Shown: one piece after another, positions 16,827-26,670 of the stretch | How the letters are laid out: every line of letters begins with the position of its first letter | How positions within the stretch are numbered: position 1 is the first letter of the stretch | NCBI GenBank assembly: GCA_964652335.1 | Contig: CAZZDL010000004.1 | Span: 1-34,759 of the forward strand | Reading direction: 5' to 3' | DNA: 34,759 nt | Source: Candidatus Micrarchaeota archaeon | GTDB taxonomy: Archaea > B1Sed10-29 > WALL01 > WAMD01 | Made by a program: the position numbers and the translations under genes | The notes under the pieces: model-generated | Databases searched by the model: none | What the model saw: the letters and a program-made list of their open reading frames with translations, nothing else | What the model was told of the DNA's origin: nothing

Positions 16827-17306
16827 TCACTCCTTAAGCTTGTCGTCCCACTTGCCTTCATCTATTTCCTTTTGAATCTCTCTTGGGTCTTTGCCTTCAA
16901 CTGTAACTCCCATTGATAAAGCTGTTCCTACAACTTCCTTAACTGCTGCCTTTAGATCTTGGGCTAGCATGGCATCTACTTTCATCTTAGCTATCTTAAC
17001 TGCTTGTTCCATTGTCAGGTTCCCAACCTTCTCCTTCTGATCCTTGCCACCCTTCTCCAGTCCTAGCTCTTTCTTTATCAAAGCTGTAGTGGGTGGTGTT
17101 CCTACCTCTATCCTAAACTCCTTTGTAGAAGTATCAACTATAACCTTCACAGGAACCTGCATCCCTGCAAATGCCTTTGTCTTCTCGTTTATGGCCTTTA
17201 CTACCTCGCCTATGTTCAACTTCAAAGGCCCTAGAGCCGGACCAAGAGGTGGACCAGCAGTGGCCTTTCCCCCTTCAACCAATGCCTCAACAACTGTTTC
17301 TGCCAT
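16827..17306 (-). CDS. rpl11: 50S ribosomal protein L11
   Basis: [34 protein letters not shown]. Confidence 0.97.
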   Translation of the reverse strand: MAETVVEALVEGGKATAGPPLGPALGPLKLNIGEVVKAINEKTKAFAGMQVPVKVIVDTSTKEFRIEVGTPPTTALIKKELGLEKGGKDQKEKVGNLTMEQAVKIAKMKVDAMLAQDLKAAVKEVVGTALSMGVTVEGKDPREIQKEIDEGKWDDKLKE

Positions 17307-17312
17307 TTAAAC

Positions 17313-17765
17313 TCACTCCTCTGTCTTTCTAATAACTCTAATAGCTGCAGCGTCCAATGTTATAGGTATTGGAACTGCTGCTTCTACAAGCTCAACTGTT
17401 ATCTTATCCTTTGACTCATCCACTCTAATAACCTTTGCCTTCTCCCCCTTGAAAGGACCTGATATAACCTCAACTACATCTCCCTTGTTTATGTTGAACG
17501 TTAATGGCTTTTCCTCAAAGAAATGCTTCAACTCGTCAAGCGTCAATCCCTTCTTTATAATTCCCTTAACATGAGGCATACCATATATCAACTTCTTAAC
17601 CTCTACCTCATTCGGGGCCTCAACAAACAAATAACCCCTCATCTCATCTATCATAAATATTGCATAAACCTTCAAATTGTCCTTTTTCTGCTTTGTAGCT
17701 AGCAAATCTGCTAGTATCCTCTCTTGACCAACTGTTGTCCTTACAGTGTAAATCAAAACTCTCAC
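17313..17765 (-). CDS. spt5: Transcription elongation factor Spt5 (NusG)
   Basis: NGN domain (VRTTVGQE, GYLFVEA) and KOW motif GDVVEVISGPFKGEKAKV. Confidence 0.95.
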   Translation of the reverse strand: MRVLIYTVRTTVGQERILADLLATKQKKDNLKVYAIFMIDEMRGYLFVEAPNEVEVKKLIYGMPHVKGIIKKGLTLDELKHFFEEKPLTFNINKGDVVEVISGPFKGEKAKVIRVDESKDKITVELVEAAVPIPITLDAAAIRVIRKTEE

Positions 17766-17770
17766 CCCTT

Positions 17771-17953
17771 CTATCTAAGGCCAACGAACTCAGCTATAAT
17801 CGTTATTACTGTCCCTAGAACCCCTAGTATCACCATTCCCAAACCAGTTACCTTAGCTATGACGATATACTCTTCTTTAGTAGGTTTCCTAGCCAATCTA
17901 AGTATCCTAGCACATTCTCTCAAGAAATGCCTAATACCTGAAAGAGAAATCAT
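17771..17953 (-). CDS. secE: Protein translocase subunit SecE (Sec61 gamma)
   Basis: RILRLARKPTKEEY...GLG plus one TM helix; ftsZ-secE-spt5 synteny. Confidence 0.93.
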   Translation of the reverse strand: MISLSGIRHFLRECARILRLARKPTKEEYIVIAKVTGLGMVILGVLGTVITIIAEFVGLR

Positions 17954-17958
17954 TTACA

Positions 17959-19089
17959 TCACTCTACATATTCTATTCCTATGTCCTCTTCTCCTTCTTC
18001 TACCTTCTCATACTTTTCCTCTAGATAGGGTATTCTGCCACCTGCAATAACGACCATTGCTCTTATTTTGTTCTTACTTATATCATTGTCAATTATTGCT
18101 CCCCAAATTATGTGAGCATTGGGATGTATCTTGTTTGCCACTGCCTCAACTATTAGCTCTGCCTCTCTCAATGTCATATCAACTCCACCAGTAACATTGA
18201 CCAAAGCCCTAGTTGCTTCAGAAACGTCAATATCTAGAAGTGGAGAGTTCAAAGCATCCTCTATCGCTTCCAAAGCTCTTGACTCTGGATCCCCTGTCTC
18301 AGACTCTCCAAGACCAATCATCGCTGCTCCTCCATTTGAAAGAATGGTCCTAACGTCAGCGAAGTCCAAGTTCACCAATCCCGGCTTAGTTATCATCTCT
18401 GTTATTCCTTTCACTGCATTAACAAGTATTTCATCAGCAACCTTGAACGCAGCGTTTATTGGTAAGTCAGGGACTATCTCCAACAACTTGTCATTAGGTA
18501 TAACTATAACTGTGTCTGCCTCTCTTCTAAGCTTCTTCAGTCCTTGAAGAGCGTTTTCCATTCTCCTTCTTCCTTCAACGCTAAAGGGCAATGTGACTAT
18601 CCCAACAGTTAATGCTCCTGCCTCCTTAGCCACCTGGGCAATAATTGGTGCAGAACCTGTACCAGTACCTCCACCAAGACCACATGTAATGAAAACCAAA
18701 TCTGCTCCTTCTAGGACAGTTCTTATTTCATCAACACTGTCCTTTGTAGCGGCTTCACCTAACTCTGGATCGCTACCGGCGCCTAAACCTCTTGTGACTC
18801 TCCTACCAAGCAAAACCTTCTCATCAGCAGGTGTAACCAAAAGGTGCTGAGCATCAGTGTTCATTGCGACTACTTTAGCTCCTTCTACACCAACTTCGTT
18901 TAATCGCATCAACGTATTATTACCTGATCCACCTGTACCAACAACAATTATTCTAGCCTTAGATGTCTGCAACATCTCCTCTATATCCTTGTCAGATACT
19001 ATGTGACTCTTCTTTTTAGTTGACTTGGGTTTGGAAACTTTTGATTTGGCCCTTCGAGCGGCCTTCTTTACCAAGCTCTTCAAGAACAT
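17959..19089 (-). CDS. ftsZ: Cell division protein FtsZ (FtsZ1-type context)
   Basis: [28 protein letters not shown]. Confidence 0.97.
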   Translation of the reverse strand: MFLKSLVKKAARRAKSKVSKPKSTKKKSHIVSDKDIEEMLQTSKARIIVVGTGGSGNNTLMRLNEVGVEGAKVVAMNTDAQHLLVTPADEKVLLGRRVTRGLGAGSDPELGEAATKDSVDEIRTVLEGADLVFITCGLGGGTGTGSAPIIAQVAKEAGALTVGIVTLPFSVEGRRRMENALQGLKKLRREADTVIVIPNDKLLEIVPDLPINAAFKVADEILVNAVKGITEMITKPGLVNLDFADVRTILSNGGAAMIGLGESETGDPESRALEAIEDALNSPLLDIDVSEATRALVNVTGGVDMTLREAELIVEAVANKIHPNAHIIWGAIIDNDISKNKIRAMVVIAGGRIPYLEEKYEKVEEGEEDIGIEYVE

Positions 19090-19248
19090 CACCTTCTAAA
19101 AATTGTTAAACAAACTGGCTATATTTGTAATCTATGCCATTTAAAAACGTTTCTAAAAAGCCTTCTAAATCTCCTAACCCGCATAGTTATTCACGAATTG
19201 GCTGGGAAATAACAAAACATATATATCATTCCATCATTATCTTTTTTG

Positions 19249-20160
19249 ATGAAATCAGATCCCATACTCAAGGCATTCAACGAGATAAAATCGCTAAAGG
19301 TGCAAGGGGCTAGAAATGTTTGCATTAGAGGGCTAAATGCAATAGACGAATTCGTAAGGATAAAAAAATGGAAAACTAGAGACAGCTACCTAAAGGCATT
19401 GGAGGCTGCTGTAAGTAAGTTGTGTAAAGCTAGGCCCACAGAGCCGGGGCTAAGAAATGTAACTAGACTACTTCTAAAAAAAGTCAAGCAATGCTCCAAC
19501 CTTGAAGAGTGTATAGACACAACCAAAGAGGAGATAAAAAACCTGAAAGAGGAAATAAACTCCAGCTTGGAAAAGATAATTGAAATCGGTGTAAAAAGAA
19601 TACCGGACGGCGGAATCGTATTCACTCACTGCCACTCTTCCACCGTGACATCTATACTAAAAGCTGCATGGAAAGAAGGAAAGAGATTCAAAGTCATGAA
19701 CACAGAAACTAGGCCTAGGTTCCAGGGAAGGATAACTGCCAAGGAACTGGCTGCGGCTGGGATACCTGTTATCCATATGGTTGACTCAGCGGCTAGATTC
19801 TACATGAACGATGCCGACTTGGTGCTAGTGGGAGGAGACGCTGTTACAGCGGATGGCTTTCTTGTGAACAAAATAGGAACTAGTCAGATAATGCTAGTGG
19901 CTAGGGAAGCTAGGACTACAACTGCTAGCGCTGTGGAAACTTTCAAGTTTGATCCAATAACTATTGCTGGCGACTGGGAACCAATAGAGATGAGAAATCC
20001 GAAAGAAGTCTGGAAGAATCCGCCTAAAAGAGTGAAGATAGTCAATCCAGCATTTGACATGACCCCACCTAACTATATAGATTTCATGATAACCGAATTG
20101 GGAATAATATCTCCATACCAATCAAGAACAATAATGGGTAAAAAATGGGGGTTTGTATAA
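19249..20160 (+). CDS. Ribose-1,5-bisphosphate isomerase (eIF-2B family)
   Basis: VQGA, RPTEP, THCHS (catalytic Cys), ETRPRFQG, GGDA (catalytic Asp), NKIGT, NPAFD; in operon with AMP phosphorylase. Confidence 0.88.
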   Translation: MKSDPILKAFNEIKSLKVQGARNVCIRGLNAIDEFVRIKKWKTRDSYLKALEAAVSKLCKARPTEPGLRNVTRLLLKKVKQCSNLEECIDTTKEEIKNLKEEINSSLEKIIEIGVKRIPDGGIVFTHCHSSTVTSILKAAWKEGKRFKVMNTETRPRFQGRITAKELAAAGIPVIHMVDSAARFYMNDADLVLVGGDAVTADGFLVNKIGTSQIMLVAREARTTTASAVETFKFDPITIAGDWEPIEMRNPKEVWKNPPKRVKIVNPAFDMTPPNYIDFMITELGIISPYQSRTIMGKKWGFV

Positions 20161-20170
20161 GGGGATTAGT

Positions 20171-20467
20171 ATGATAGAGACAGAAATAATAGAATTGAAA
20201 AATGGTGCAGCCCTTGGGTTTAGACATTTGCTTGGGAACAGACCACCTTGGTTATTAATCATACAGGGAGAGAATGGCTATCTAGCAACAGAATATATAA
20301 ACAAGGAATTTGCGAGCAGGGTTGGAGATGCATTTGCAATAGTATCCAACGCTTCAAATTTTGAAGAAATGTTAAAGGGAGAAGTTACATGGGTAAGTGA
20401 AAAAGCCAAAGAGCTAGGTGTAGAACTCGGAATGTCTGGGGAAGAGGCATTGGAATATTTGGTGTGA
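20171..20467 (+). CDS. DUF1805 / YunC family protein
   Basis: LLIIQGENGY...FEEML...VSEKAKELGVELGMSGEEAL C-terminal signature. Confidence 0.75.
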   Translation: MIETEIIELKNGAALGFRHLLGNRPPWLLIIQGENGYLATEYINKEFASRVGDAFAIVSNASNFEEMLKGEVTWVSEKAKELGVELGMSGEEALEYLV

Positions 20468-20476
20468 GGGTCTGAA

Positions 20477-21991
20477 ATGAGATGGAGTTTCAAGGCAAAG
20501 CCTATAGATCTGTCAACAGCAGGGATAAGGGTAGTGGTAATGAATGAAGCTGACGCTCAAGATATGGATGTATACGCAATGGACAGAGTGAGGATATGGA
20601 AAGAGGAATCCTCATTAACTGCTGTGGTTGATCTAACAAAGACATTCGTTAAACCTGGGGAACTCGGTCTTTTCTACGAAGCTTATACTAATCTTGGAGT
20701 CAAAGCTGGGGAAGATATACAGGTGGAACCGATAGAAAAACCAGTATCTGTTTCTTACATTAGGAAGAAACTAGATGGCATAAAACTAACTCAAGAAGAA
20801 ATAGAGAAGATAATTGAGGATCTAATGGAAGATGAACTAACCGAATTTGAATTGTCTGCATTTGTGACAGCTACATACATAAGAGGATTAGATGAAGACG
20901 AAACCGTTTACCTTACAAAGGCAATAGTAAACTCAGGAGAAGTATTAGATCTTGGGAAAGAGAGAGTGTATGATAAACATTCAATTGGAGGAGTTCCAGG
21001 AAACAGAACTACAATGATTATTGTCCCCATAGTTGCAAGCGCAGGGCTAACCATACCAAAAACCAGCTCAAGGGCAATAACTAGTCCTGCTGGTACTGCA
21101 GACGTCATGGAGGTTCTAGCCCCTGTATCACTAGATAAAGAAGAGATTGAAAGGGTTGTGAAAAAAGCTAACGGATGTATAGTTTGGGGTGGTGCCGTTA
21201 ACCTAGCGGCGGCCGATGACAAGCTGATAAGAATAAGACATCCGTTAAGCCTAGATCCAAGAGGCATGCTTCTAGCGAGCATAATGGCAAAGAAAAAAGC
21301 AGTATCTGCTACTGATGTAATAATAGACATTCCAACCGGGGAAGGCGCAAAGGTAAAAACAAGGGAAGAAGCATTAGAACTAGGTGAAAACTTCAAACTA
21401 ATTGGGAATAGGTTGGGAATGCATATTAAAGTTCTGTTAACAGACGGAGATCATCCAATTGGGAGAGCTATAGGGCCAGCTTTAGAAGCGAAGGAGATAC
21501 TAAGAATATTAAACAATGAACCAGTATCCCAGGACTTAACTGAGAAATCTGCCATCCTATCTGGTATACTCCTTGAGATGAGTGGAAAGGCAAATAGAGG
21601 GGAAGGAAGAGATGTAGCTATGAGGATCATAAAGAGTGGAAAGGCTCTTGCAAAGCTCAAAGAAATAATAGAGCTTCAAGGTGGAGATCCAGACATAAAG
21701 CCAGACGACATAAAGATAGGCGAAATATCTGAAACTATAACCAGCCAGAAATCAGGAAGGATAGAGCACATAAACAACAAAGCGATATCCGCCATAGCAA
21801 GGGCAGCTGGAGCGCCAAAGGATAAAGAAGCTGGGATATACATGCATGTAGAAGAGGGGGATAAAGTTAAAGTTGGTTCTCCATTATTTACTTTATACGC
21901 CAAAAAGCAAAGGAAGCTGGAACAGGCTATATCATTATACGAAAAGCTCAATCCGATCAGGTTTGAAAGAATACTCCTTGAGATAGGATAA
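20477..21991 (+). CDS. AMP phosphorylase
   Basis: N-terminal double-psi barrel-like domain, DKHSIGGVPGN, PKTSSRAITSPAGTAD, AGAPKDKEAG. Confidence 0.93.
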   Translation: MRWSFKAKPIDLSTAGIRVVVMNEADAQDMDVYAMDRVRIWKEESSLTAVVDLTKTFVKPGELGLFYEAYTNLGVKAGEDIQVEPIEKPVSVSYIRKKLDGIKLTQEEIEKIIEDLMEDELTEFELSAFVTATYIRGLDEDETVYLTKAIVNSGEVLDLGKERVYDKHSIGGVPGNRTTMIIVPIVASAGLTIPKTSSRAITSPAGTADVMEVLAPVSLDKEEIERVVKKANGCIVWGGAVNLAAADDKLIRIRHPLSLDPRGMLLASIMAKKKAVSATDVIIDIPTGEGAKVKTREEALELGENFKLIGNRLGMHIKVLLTDGDHPIGRAIGPALEAKEILRILNNEPVSQDLTEKSAILSGILLEMSGKANRGEGRDVAMRIIKSGKALAKLKEIIELQGGDPDIKPDDIKIGEISETITSQKSGRIEHINNKAISAIARAAGAPKDKEAGIYMHVEEGDKVKVGSPLFTLYAKKQRKLEQAISLYEKLNPIRFERILLEIG

Positions 21992-22058
21992 GGCTAATAT
22001 AAATAGATACCAAAAAGGCTTTTATATATTCAAATCATTAATTAACTCTCTTAAGGTG

Positions 22059-22613
22059 ATGAAAATGAAAGAAATTAGATGGCACGGAAGAGGAGGACAA
22101 GGTGCTGTTACTGCTGCAGAGGTTCTAGCTGTAGCTGCTTTCTTGGACGGAAAATACTCTCAGGCTTTCCCTCATTTTGGTGTTGAAAGAAGAGGTGCAC
22201 CTGTGAAGGCCTTCACAAGGATAGATGATAAGTTTATCAGATTAAGAGAACATGTGTACACTCCTGACTATGTAATTGTTCTTGAAGCCACTTTACTAGA
22301 CGCAGTTAACGTTGCAGAAGGTTTGAAGGAAGATGGAATAATCATAATAAATACAGAGATGTCGCCAGATGAAGTGAGAAAGAAACTAGGAGTAAATAAC
22401 GAGATTAGGTGTGTTGACGCAACTAAGATAGCGTTGGAAGAGATAGGCAAGCCATTCGTCAACATGCCGATGCTTGGAGCGTTTGTGAAAGCAACAGGAA
22501 TAGTAAGTCTAGACTCGGTCAAAAAGGCTATTATGGAAAGGTTTGCTTCAAAACCGGCTATCGCTGAGAAAAATGTTAAGGCTGTGGAGAGATCATATAA
22601 CGAACTGAGGTGA
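22059..22613 (+). CDS. porC: Pyruvate/2-oxoacid:ferredoxin oxidoreductase gamma subunit
   Basis: EIRWHGRGGQGAVTA, FGVERRGAPV. Confidence 0.93.
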   Translation: MKMKEIRWHGRGGQGAVTAAEVLAVAAFLDGKYSQAFPHFGVERRGAPVKAFTRIDDKFIRLREHVYTPDYVIVLEATLLDAVNVAEGLKEDGIIIINTEMSPDEVRKKLGVNNEIRCVDATKIALEEIGKPFVNMPMLGAFVKATGIVSLDSVKKAIMERFASKPAIAEKNVKAVERSYNELR

Positions 22614-22617
22614 TGGT

Positions 22618-22875
22618 ATGCTTCCAGGATCTATAATAGACAAACCAAAGTCAACTGTGGTGAATAAAACTGGTGGGTGGAGAACATTTAAGCCAATAGT
22701 TGACTCAAGTAAGTGTATAAAATGCGGGATATGTGAAAAATTCTGTCCAGAGGGTATAATTGACATTGATCCAGAAAAAGGTGCTATAGTAGATTATGAT
22801 TATTGTAAAGGATGTGGAATCTGTGCAAACGAATGCCCTGTAAAAGCAATAACAATGGAACTTGAAAGGAAGTGA
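22618..22875 (+). CDS. porD: Pyruvate/2-oxoacid:ferredoxin oxidoreductase delta subunit
   Basis: KTGGWR and two 4Fe-4S motifs, CIKCGICEKFCP and CKGCGICANECP. Confidence 0.93.
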   Translation: MLPGSIIDKPKSTVVNKTGGWRTFKPIVDSSKCIKCGICEKFCPEGIIDIDPEKGAIVDYDYCKGCGICANECPVKAITMELERK

Positions 22876-24023
22876 TGGTTATGGTAAAGAAAATTATGGA
22901 AGGTTCCCATGCTGTTGCGGAGGCCGTGAAGCTGTGTAGGCCAGATGTATTGGCGATGTATCCTATAACACCATCAACACATATTCCAGAGAGATTGTCG
23001 GAAATGGTGAACGATGGTGAACTTGACGCAAAGCTTATTAGAGTAGAAGCAGAGTTCTCTGCCATATCTGCAATAGCTGGGGCTAGTGCTGCTGGATCAC
23101 GAGTATTTACAGCCACCTCAAGTCAGGGTCTAGCCTTAATGCATGAAGTTTTGTACGCTGCTTCCGGGATGAGGCTTCCACTGGTAATGGTGGTCGCTAA
23201 CAGAGCGTTGTCTGCCCCAATTAATATTTGGAACGACTGGCAAGATGCAATATCTGAGAGAGAAAATGGGTGGATCCAGATATTCGTTGAAAATGTTCAA
23301 GAGGCTCTAGACTCAACCATCCAAGCATTTAGAATAGCAGAGGACGAAAGGTCATACACGCCGGTGGCCGTTAACATGGATGGTTTCTATTTAACACACG
23401 TGTACGAGCCTGTGGATATACCAGATGAAAAGGATGTAAGAGAGTTCCTACCTCCTCTAAATTATAAATACAAACTAGATCCTGAACGACCCTTAACCCA
23501 TGGTCCATTCGCATATCCAAAACCGTATGCGGAAGTAAGGAAGATGCAGTTTGATGCATTCCATTCATTGATTCCAATAGTGAAAGAAGTTCACGATGAG
23601 TTCGCCAAGAAGTTCGGAAGATCATATGGTAATGGAGTAATAGAAGAATACAAAAATGATAGACCGATTACTATAGTTACAATGGGTTCAGTAGCAGGAA
23701 CTGTTAAGGAATTCGTTGATTCCAGAGACGATGTTGGATTGGTAAGAGTAAGATTATACAGGCCATTCCCCAAAGAAGAAATAATCAGGGCAATAGAAGG
23801 AAAAGAGAATGTAATTGTTGTTGAAAAAGACGTTGCGATGGGGTCAGGGTCTGGAGCGTTGATGCTAGACCTAAAGGATGCAATGTTTGAAATGAAAGAT
23901 AGACCCAAGCTGAACAATGTTATTGGAGGAATAGGTGGAACAGACATAACAAGAAAAGATCTTGAAAACGCAATCAATGCATTAAAAGATAAAGATAACA
24001 AGGTGATATGGGCAGGGGTGTGA
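22875..24023 (+). CDS. porA: Pyruvate/2-oxoacid:ferredoxin oxidoreductase alpha subunit
   Basis: YPITPST, TATSSQGLALMHE, NRALSAPINIWND. Confidence 0.93.
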   Translation: MVMVKKIMEGSHAVAEAVKLCRPDVLAMYPITPSTHIPERLSEMVNDGELDAKLIRVEAEFSAISAIAGASAAGSRVFTATSSQGLALMHEVLYAASGMRLPLVMVVANRALSAPINIWNDWQDAISERENGWIQIFVENVQEALDSTIQAFRIAEDERSYTPVAVNMDGFYLTHVYEPVDIPDEKDVREFLPPLNYKYKLDPERPLTHGPFAYPKPYAEVRKMQFDAFHSLIPIVKEVHDEFAKKFGRSYGNGVIEEYKNDRPITIVTMGSVAGTVKEFVDSRDDVGLVRVRLYRPFPKEEIIRAIEGKENVIVVEKDVAMGSGSGALMLDLKDAMFEMKDRPKLNNVIGGIGGTDITRKDLENAINALKDKDNKVIWAGV

Positions 24024-24026
24024 AAA

Positions 24027-24902
24027 ATGAAAGGTGATCTTTTTGCTCCAGGACATAGAGCATGCGCAGGGTGTGGACCTGCGATAATAATGAGGCATAT
24101 TCTACGAGCAGCAGGTAAAGACGTAATAGTCGCCCAAGCAACCGGTTGTATGGAAGTAACAACTACTCCTTACCCAGAAACCGCATGGGGTGTTCCGTGG
24201 ATCCATGTAACATTTGAAAACGCAGCATCTGTGGCTAGCGGTATATCCGCTGCAATGAAAATGCAGGGGAAGAAAACAAAGGTTATAGCGATAGGTGGTG
24301 ATGGGGCATCTGCGGATATCGGTTTTGGTGCAATAAGTGGTATGCTGGAAAGAGGGGACGATGTTTTGTATATAGCATATGACAACGAAGCTTACGCTAA
24401 CACTGGAGTACAAAGGTCTGGAGCTACTCCATTGTATGCATCAACCACTACAACACCTGCTGGAAAGAAAATACCTGGAAAGATGCAGATGAAAAAGGAC
24501 ATAGCAATGATTGCAGCAGCACATCACATTCCTTACGTAGCAACAGCAAACTTGGCTTTCATAGAGGACTTCGAGAATAAGGTAAAAAAAGCTCTACAGA
24601 TAGAAGGCGCAAAGTTTATACATGTCCTGGCTCCATGTGTCCCTGGATGGGGAATAGACTCAAGCAAGACAGTTCAGTACGCCAAGCTGGCCGTGGAAAC
24701 AGGAATGTGGGTATTGTATGAAGTGGAAAATGGAAAGATAAAAATCAACTACAAGCCAAGCAAGCTCAAACCTGTGAAGGATTACCTATCTGGTCAAGCA
24801 AGGTTCAGGCATTTAACTCCAGAGCTAATTGACGATATACAAAAAAAGACAGAGGAATTCTATAACAGATTAATAGCTCTGGACGGAACCCAATTATTCT
24901 AA
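24027..24902 (+). CDS. porB: Pyruvate/2-oxoacid:ferredoxin oxidoreductase beta subunit
   Basis: GHRACAGCG, TGCME, GGDG...DNEAYANTG TPP motif, PCVPGW. Confidence 0.93.
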   Translation: MKGDLFAPGHRACAGCGPAIIMRHILRAAGKDVIVAQATGCMEVTTTPYPETAWGVPWIHVTFENAASVASGISAAMKMQGKKTKVIAIGGDGASADIGFGAISGMLERGDDVLYIAYDNEAYANTGVQRSGATPLYASTTTTPAGKKIPGKMQMKKDIAMIAAAHHIPYVATANLAFIEDFENKVKKALQIEGAKFIHVLAPCVPGWGIDSSKTVQYAKLAVETGMWVLYEVENGKIKINYKPSKLKPVKDYLSGQARFRHLTPELIDDIQKKTEEFYNRLIALDGTQLF

Positions 24903-25844
24903 ATCCTTTTCTATTTCTCTTGTCAATGTTACTAGCCTACTAATCAAACGCTTAGCTAATGATATATTCTTACTATTCAAAGCTGAAGACAAAGAAACCA
25001 CTCCAAGCTCTGCCTGTGTGGCTTTTAAGAGCAATGCCTGCTTTTTAGCTTGTGGGAGATTCGCTATCTTCTTTTTAAGATCTGCAAGCTTATCAGTTAC
25101 TAGCCCTAGCAACTCCGACTTGACTATATCCACATTTTTCTCTGACAGATCCGATGAAATTGATTCTACCTTCTTGTAGAACGGATCCGTAGCCTCTTTT
25201 TTGCTCGTGGATTTGCTGGTGGATTCTTTTGCCTTTTTCCCTGCAGATTCCCCAACCACCACTTCTTCAACTAGGGGCATCTCACTGGGCTGAGATATAA
25301 ACTTTGCAGGAGGTATACTTTTGCTTGGTTTTTGTTTCTCCTTTTCCTTTGTAGCCAGTGGTTTCAAGTGCTTAGCAGAAAGTTTTGGTGGATTAAACTG
25401 TAACTTGCCAAAGCTAGATGCCTCCTTCTCAAATTCCTCCCTGGATATTATGCCTCTAACGGCCTTCTTCATTAATTCTATCATTCTTTCTTGCCTTTCC
25501 ACAAGCTTATTTACTATCTGCATAGAATTAGCCAGTGCAGAAACGTCATCTATTACTTTATTCAGTTCATCAATCAGTTTAGAGTTATAAGAAAGAGATG
25601 ATAATTCGCTATCCAATTCATCAAGCCTTTTGCTCATGCTGTACATCTCTCCTCTTATCTCAGCCAACGCTCTTTTATTATCATCTATGGCAGTCTTCAA
25701 CTCGTTTAGCAGGTTTTCTTTACCTGAGATCTTAGAGCGCTTCTTCAGTTCTTCAGAGAATGTCTCAATCATATCTTCAAGCGCAGATATCCTCCTCTCT
25801 AACTTCTCAATCTTATCCATATTCTCCTTTAACGTCTTCTTCAT
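24894..25844 (-). CDS. Hypothetical coiled-coil protein with a low-complexity linker
   Basis: Long ORF with heptad-rich N-half, K/P/S-rich middle and helical C-terminus; ATG at 25844 after GGAG (ORF is open to 25877). Confidence 0.7.
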   Translation of the reverse strand: MKKTLKENMDKIEKLERRISALEDMIETFSEELKKRSKISGKENLLNELKTAIDDNKRALAEIRGEMYSMSKRLDELDSELSSLSYNSKLIDELNKVIDDVSALANSMQIVNKLVERQERMIELMKKAVRGIISREEFEKEASSFGKLQFNPPKLSAKHLKPLATKEKEKQKPSKSIPPAKFISQPSEMPLVEEVVVGESAGKKAKESTSKSTSKKEATDPFYKKVESISSDLSEKNVDIVKSELLGLVTDKLADLKKKIANLPQAKKQALLLKATQAELGVVSLSSALNSKNISLAKRLISRLVTLTREIEKDLE

Positions 25845-25873
25845 ATCTCCGCTTCTTTGTTTTACTAAAGGTA

Positions 25874-26638
25874 TCAAAACAGCTCCCTCCCTATCTCTTC
25901 TATCTTTTCTCTCAATTGTTTGGCGTCATCATACCTTCCATCTATTAACGCTTCTCTTAAAGAAACTAACAATTGTTCCTGTTCTGAAATCTTAAACTCT
26001 TTGTCCAACGTGTCAATGCCCTTTTGTCTAAGCATAGCCACCTTTTCCTTTTCCGTGGATATTAAATCCTGCAAATCTTTAACTTTATCATCGATCTCAG
26101 GTATCTCTGTCTTCATCACGCCAGACTTTACAGTTGGTTCTCCTTGTAATTGATTTTCCTCTGGCTGATTCTCCTCAATATTCTCACTTCCTTCTGATAG
26201 TAGCGAATACAAATCCTTACCTTTACCCACTTCCTCAGGCTCTACTTCCCCCAACTCCTCCTTTAACAAAGCATCTTCATCAGATATAAGATCCATTGTC
26301 TCGCTTAGCTGACTCATGGTTTCCTTTTCTTCGTTAAACAGCTCCTCTGCACCAGCCTCAGATATTTCCTCCATCTCCTCTAATCCTCCAGACTGAACAG
26401 AGAGATAGTGGTCGTGTACTGTTCTGGAAAAATTAACAAGTTCTGTAAGAAACAATTTTATGGCATGTTCATCATCTCGTATGAACCAGTCTATCAAACT
26501 ATTACTCCTCTTCTTAAAATCCTCTAGCTGTCTCTCTAGATCCGATGTGTCCTCTCCTTTCTCTCTTATCTCATCTATCTCGTATCTTATCGTTTCCAGT
26601 AGTTTATCCACTGTCTCAACTACTTTCCTTTCATCCAT
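25874..26638 (-). CDS. Hypothetical acidic coiled-coil protein with a UVR-like C-terminal motif
   Basis: 254-aa ORF, E-rich middle, C-terminal EALIDGRYDDAKQLREKIEEI. Confidence 0.7.
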   Translation of the reverse strand: MDERKVVETVDKLLETIRYEIDEIREKGEDTSDLERQLEDFKKRSNSLIDWFIRDDEHAIKLFLTELVNFSRTVHDHYLSVQSGGLEEMEEISEAGAEELFNEEKETMSQLSETMDLISDEDALLKEELGEVEPEEVGKGKDLYSLLSEGSENIEENQPEENQLQGEPTVKSGVMKTEIPEIDDKVKDLQDLISTEKEKVAMLRQKGIDTLDKEFKISEQEQLLVSLREALIDGRYDDAKQLREKIEEIGRELF

Positions 26639-26668
26639 AAGGAATTATGAAGATTCCTTATTATTTAA
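26637..26668 (-). promoter_or_regulatory. TATA box plus 9-bp palindrome in front of the hypothetical pair
   Basis: TTTAAATA about 30 nt before the ATG; ATAAGGAAT-N7-ATTCCTTAT at 26637-26661. Confidence 0.5.
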
Positions 26669-26670
26669 AT

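Noticed and set aside
19249-20160. Translation factor eIF-2B or methylthioribose-1-phosphate isomerase
   Set aside because: The THCHS and ETRPRFQG motifs and linkage to AMP phosphorylase fit ribose-1,5-bisphosphate isomerase better.
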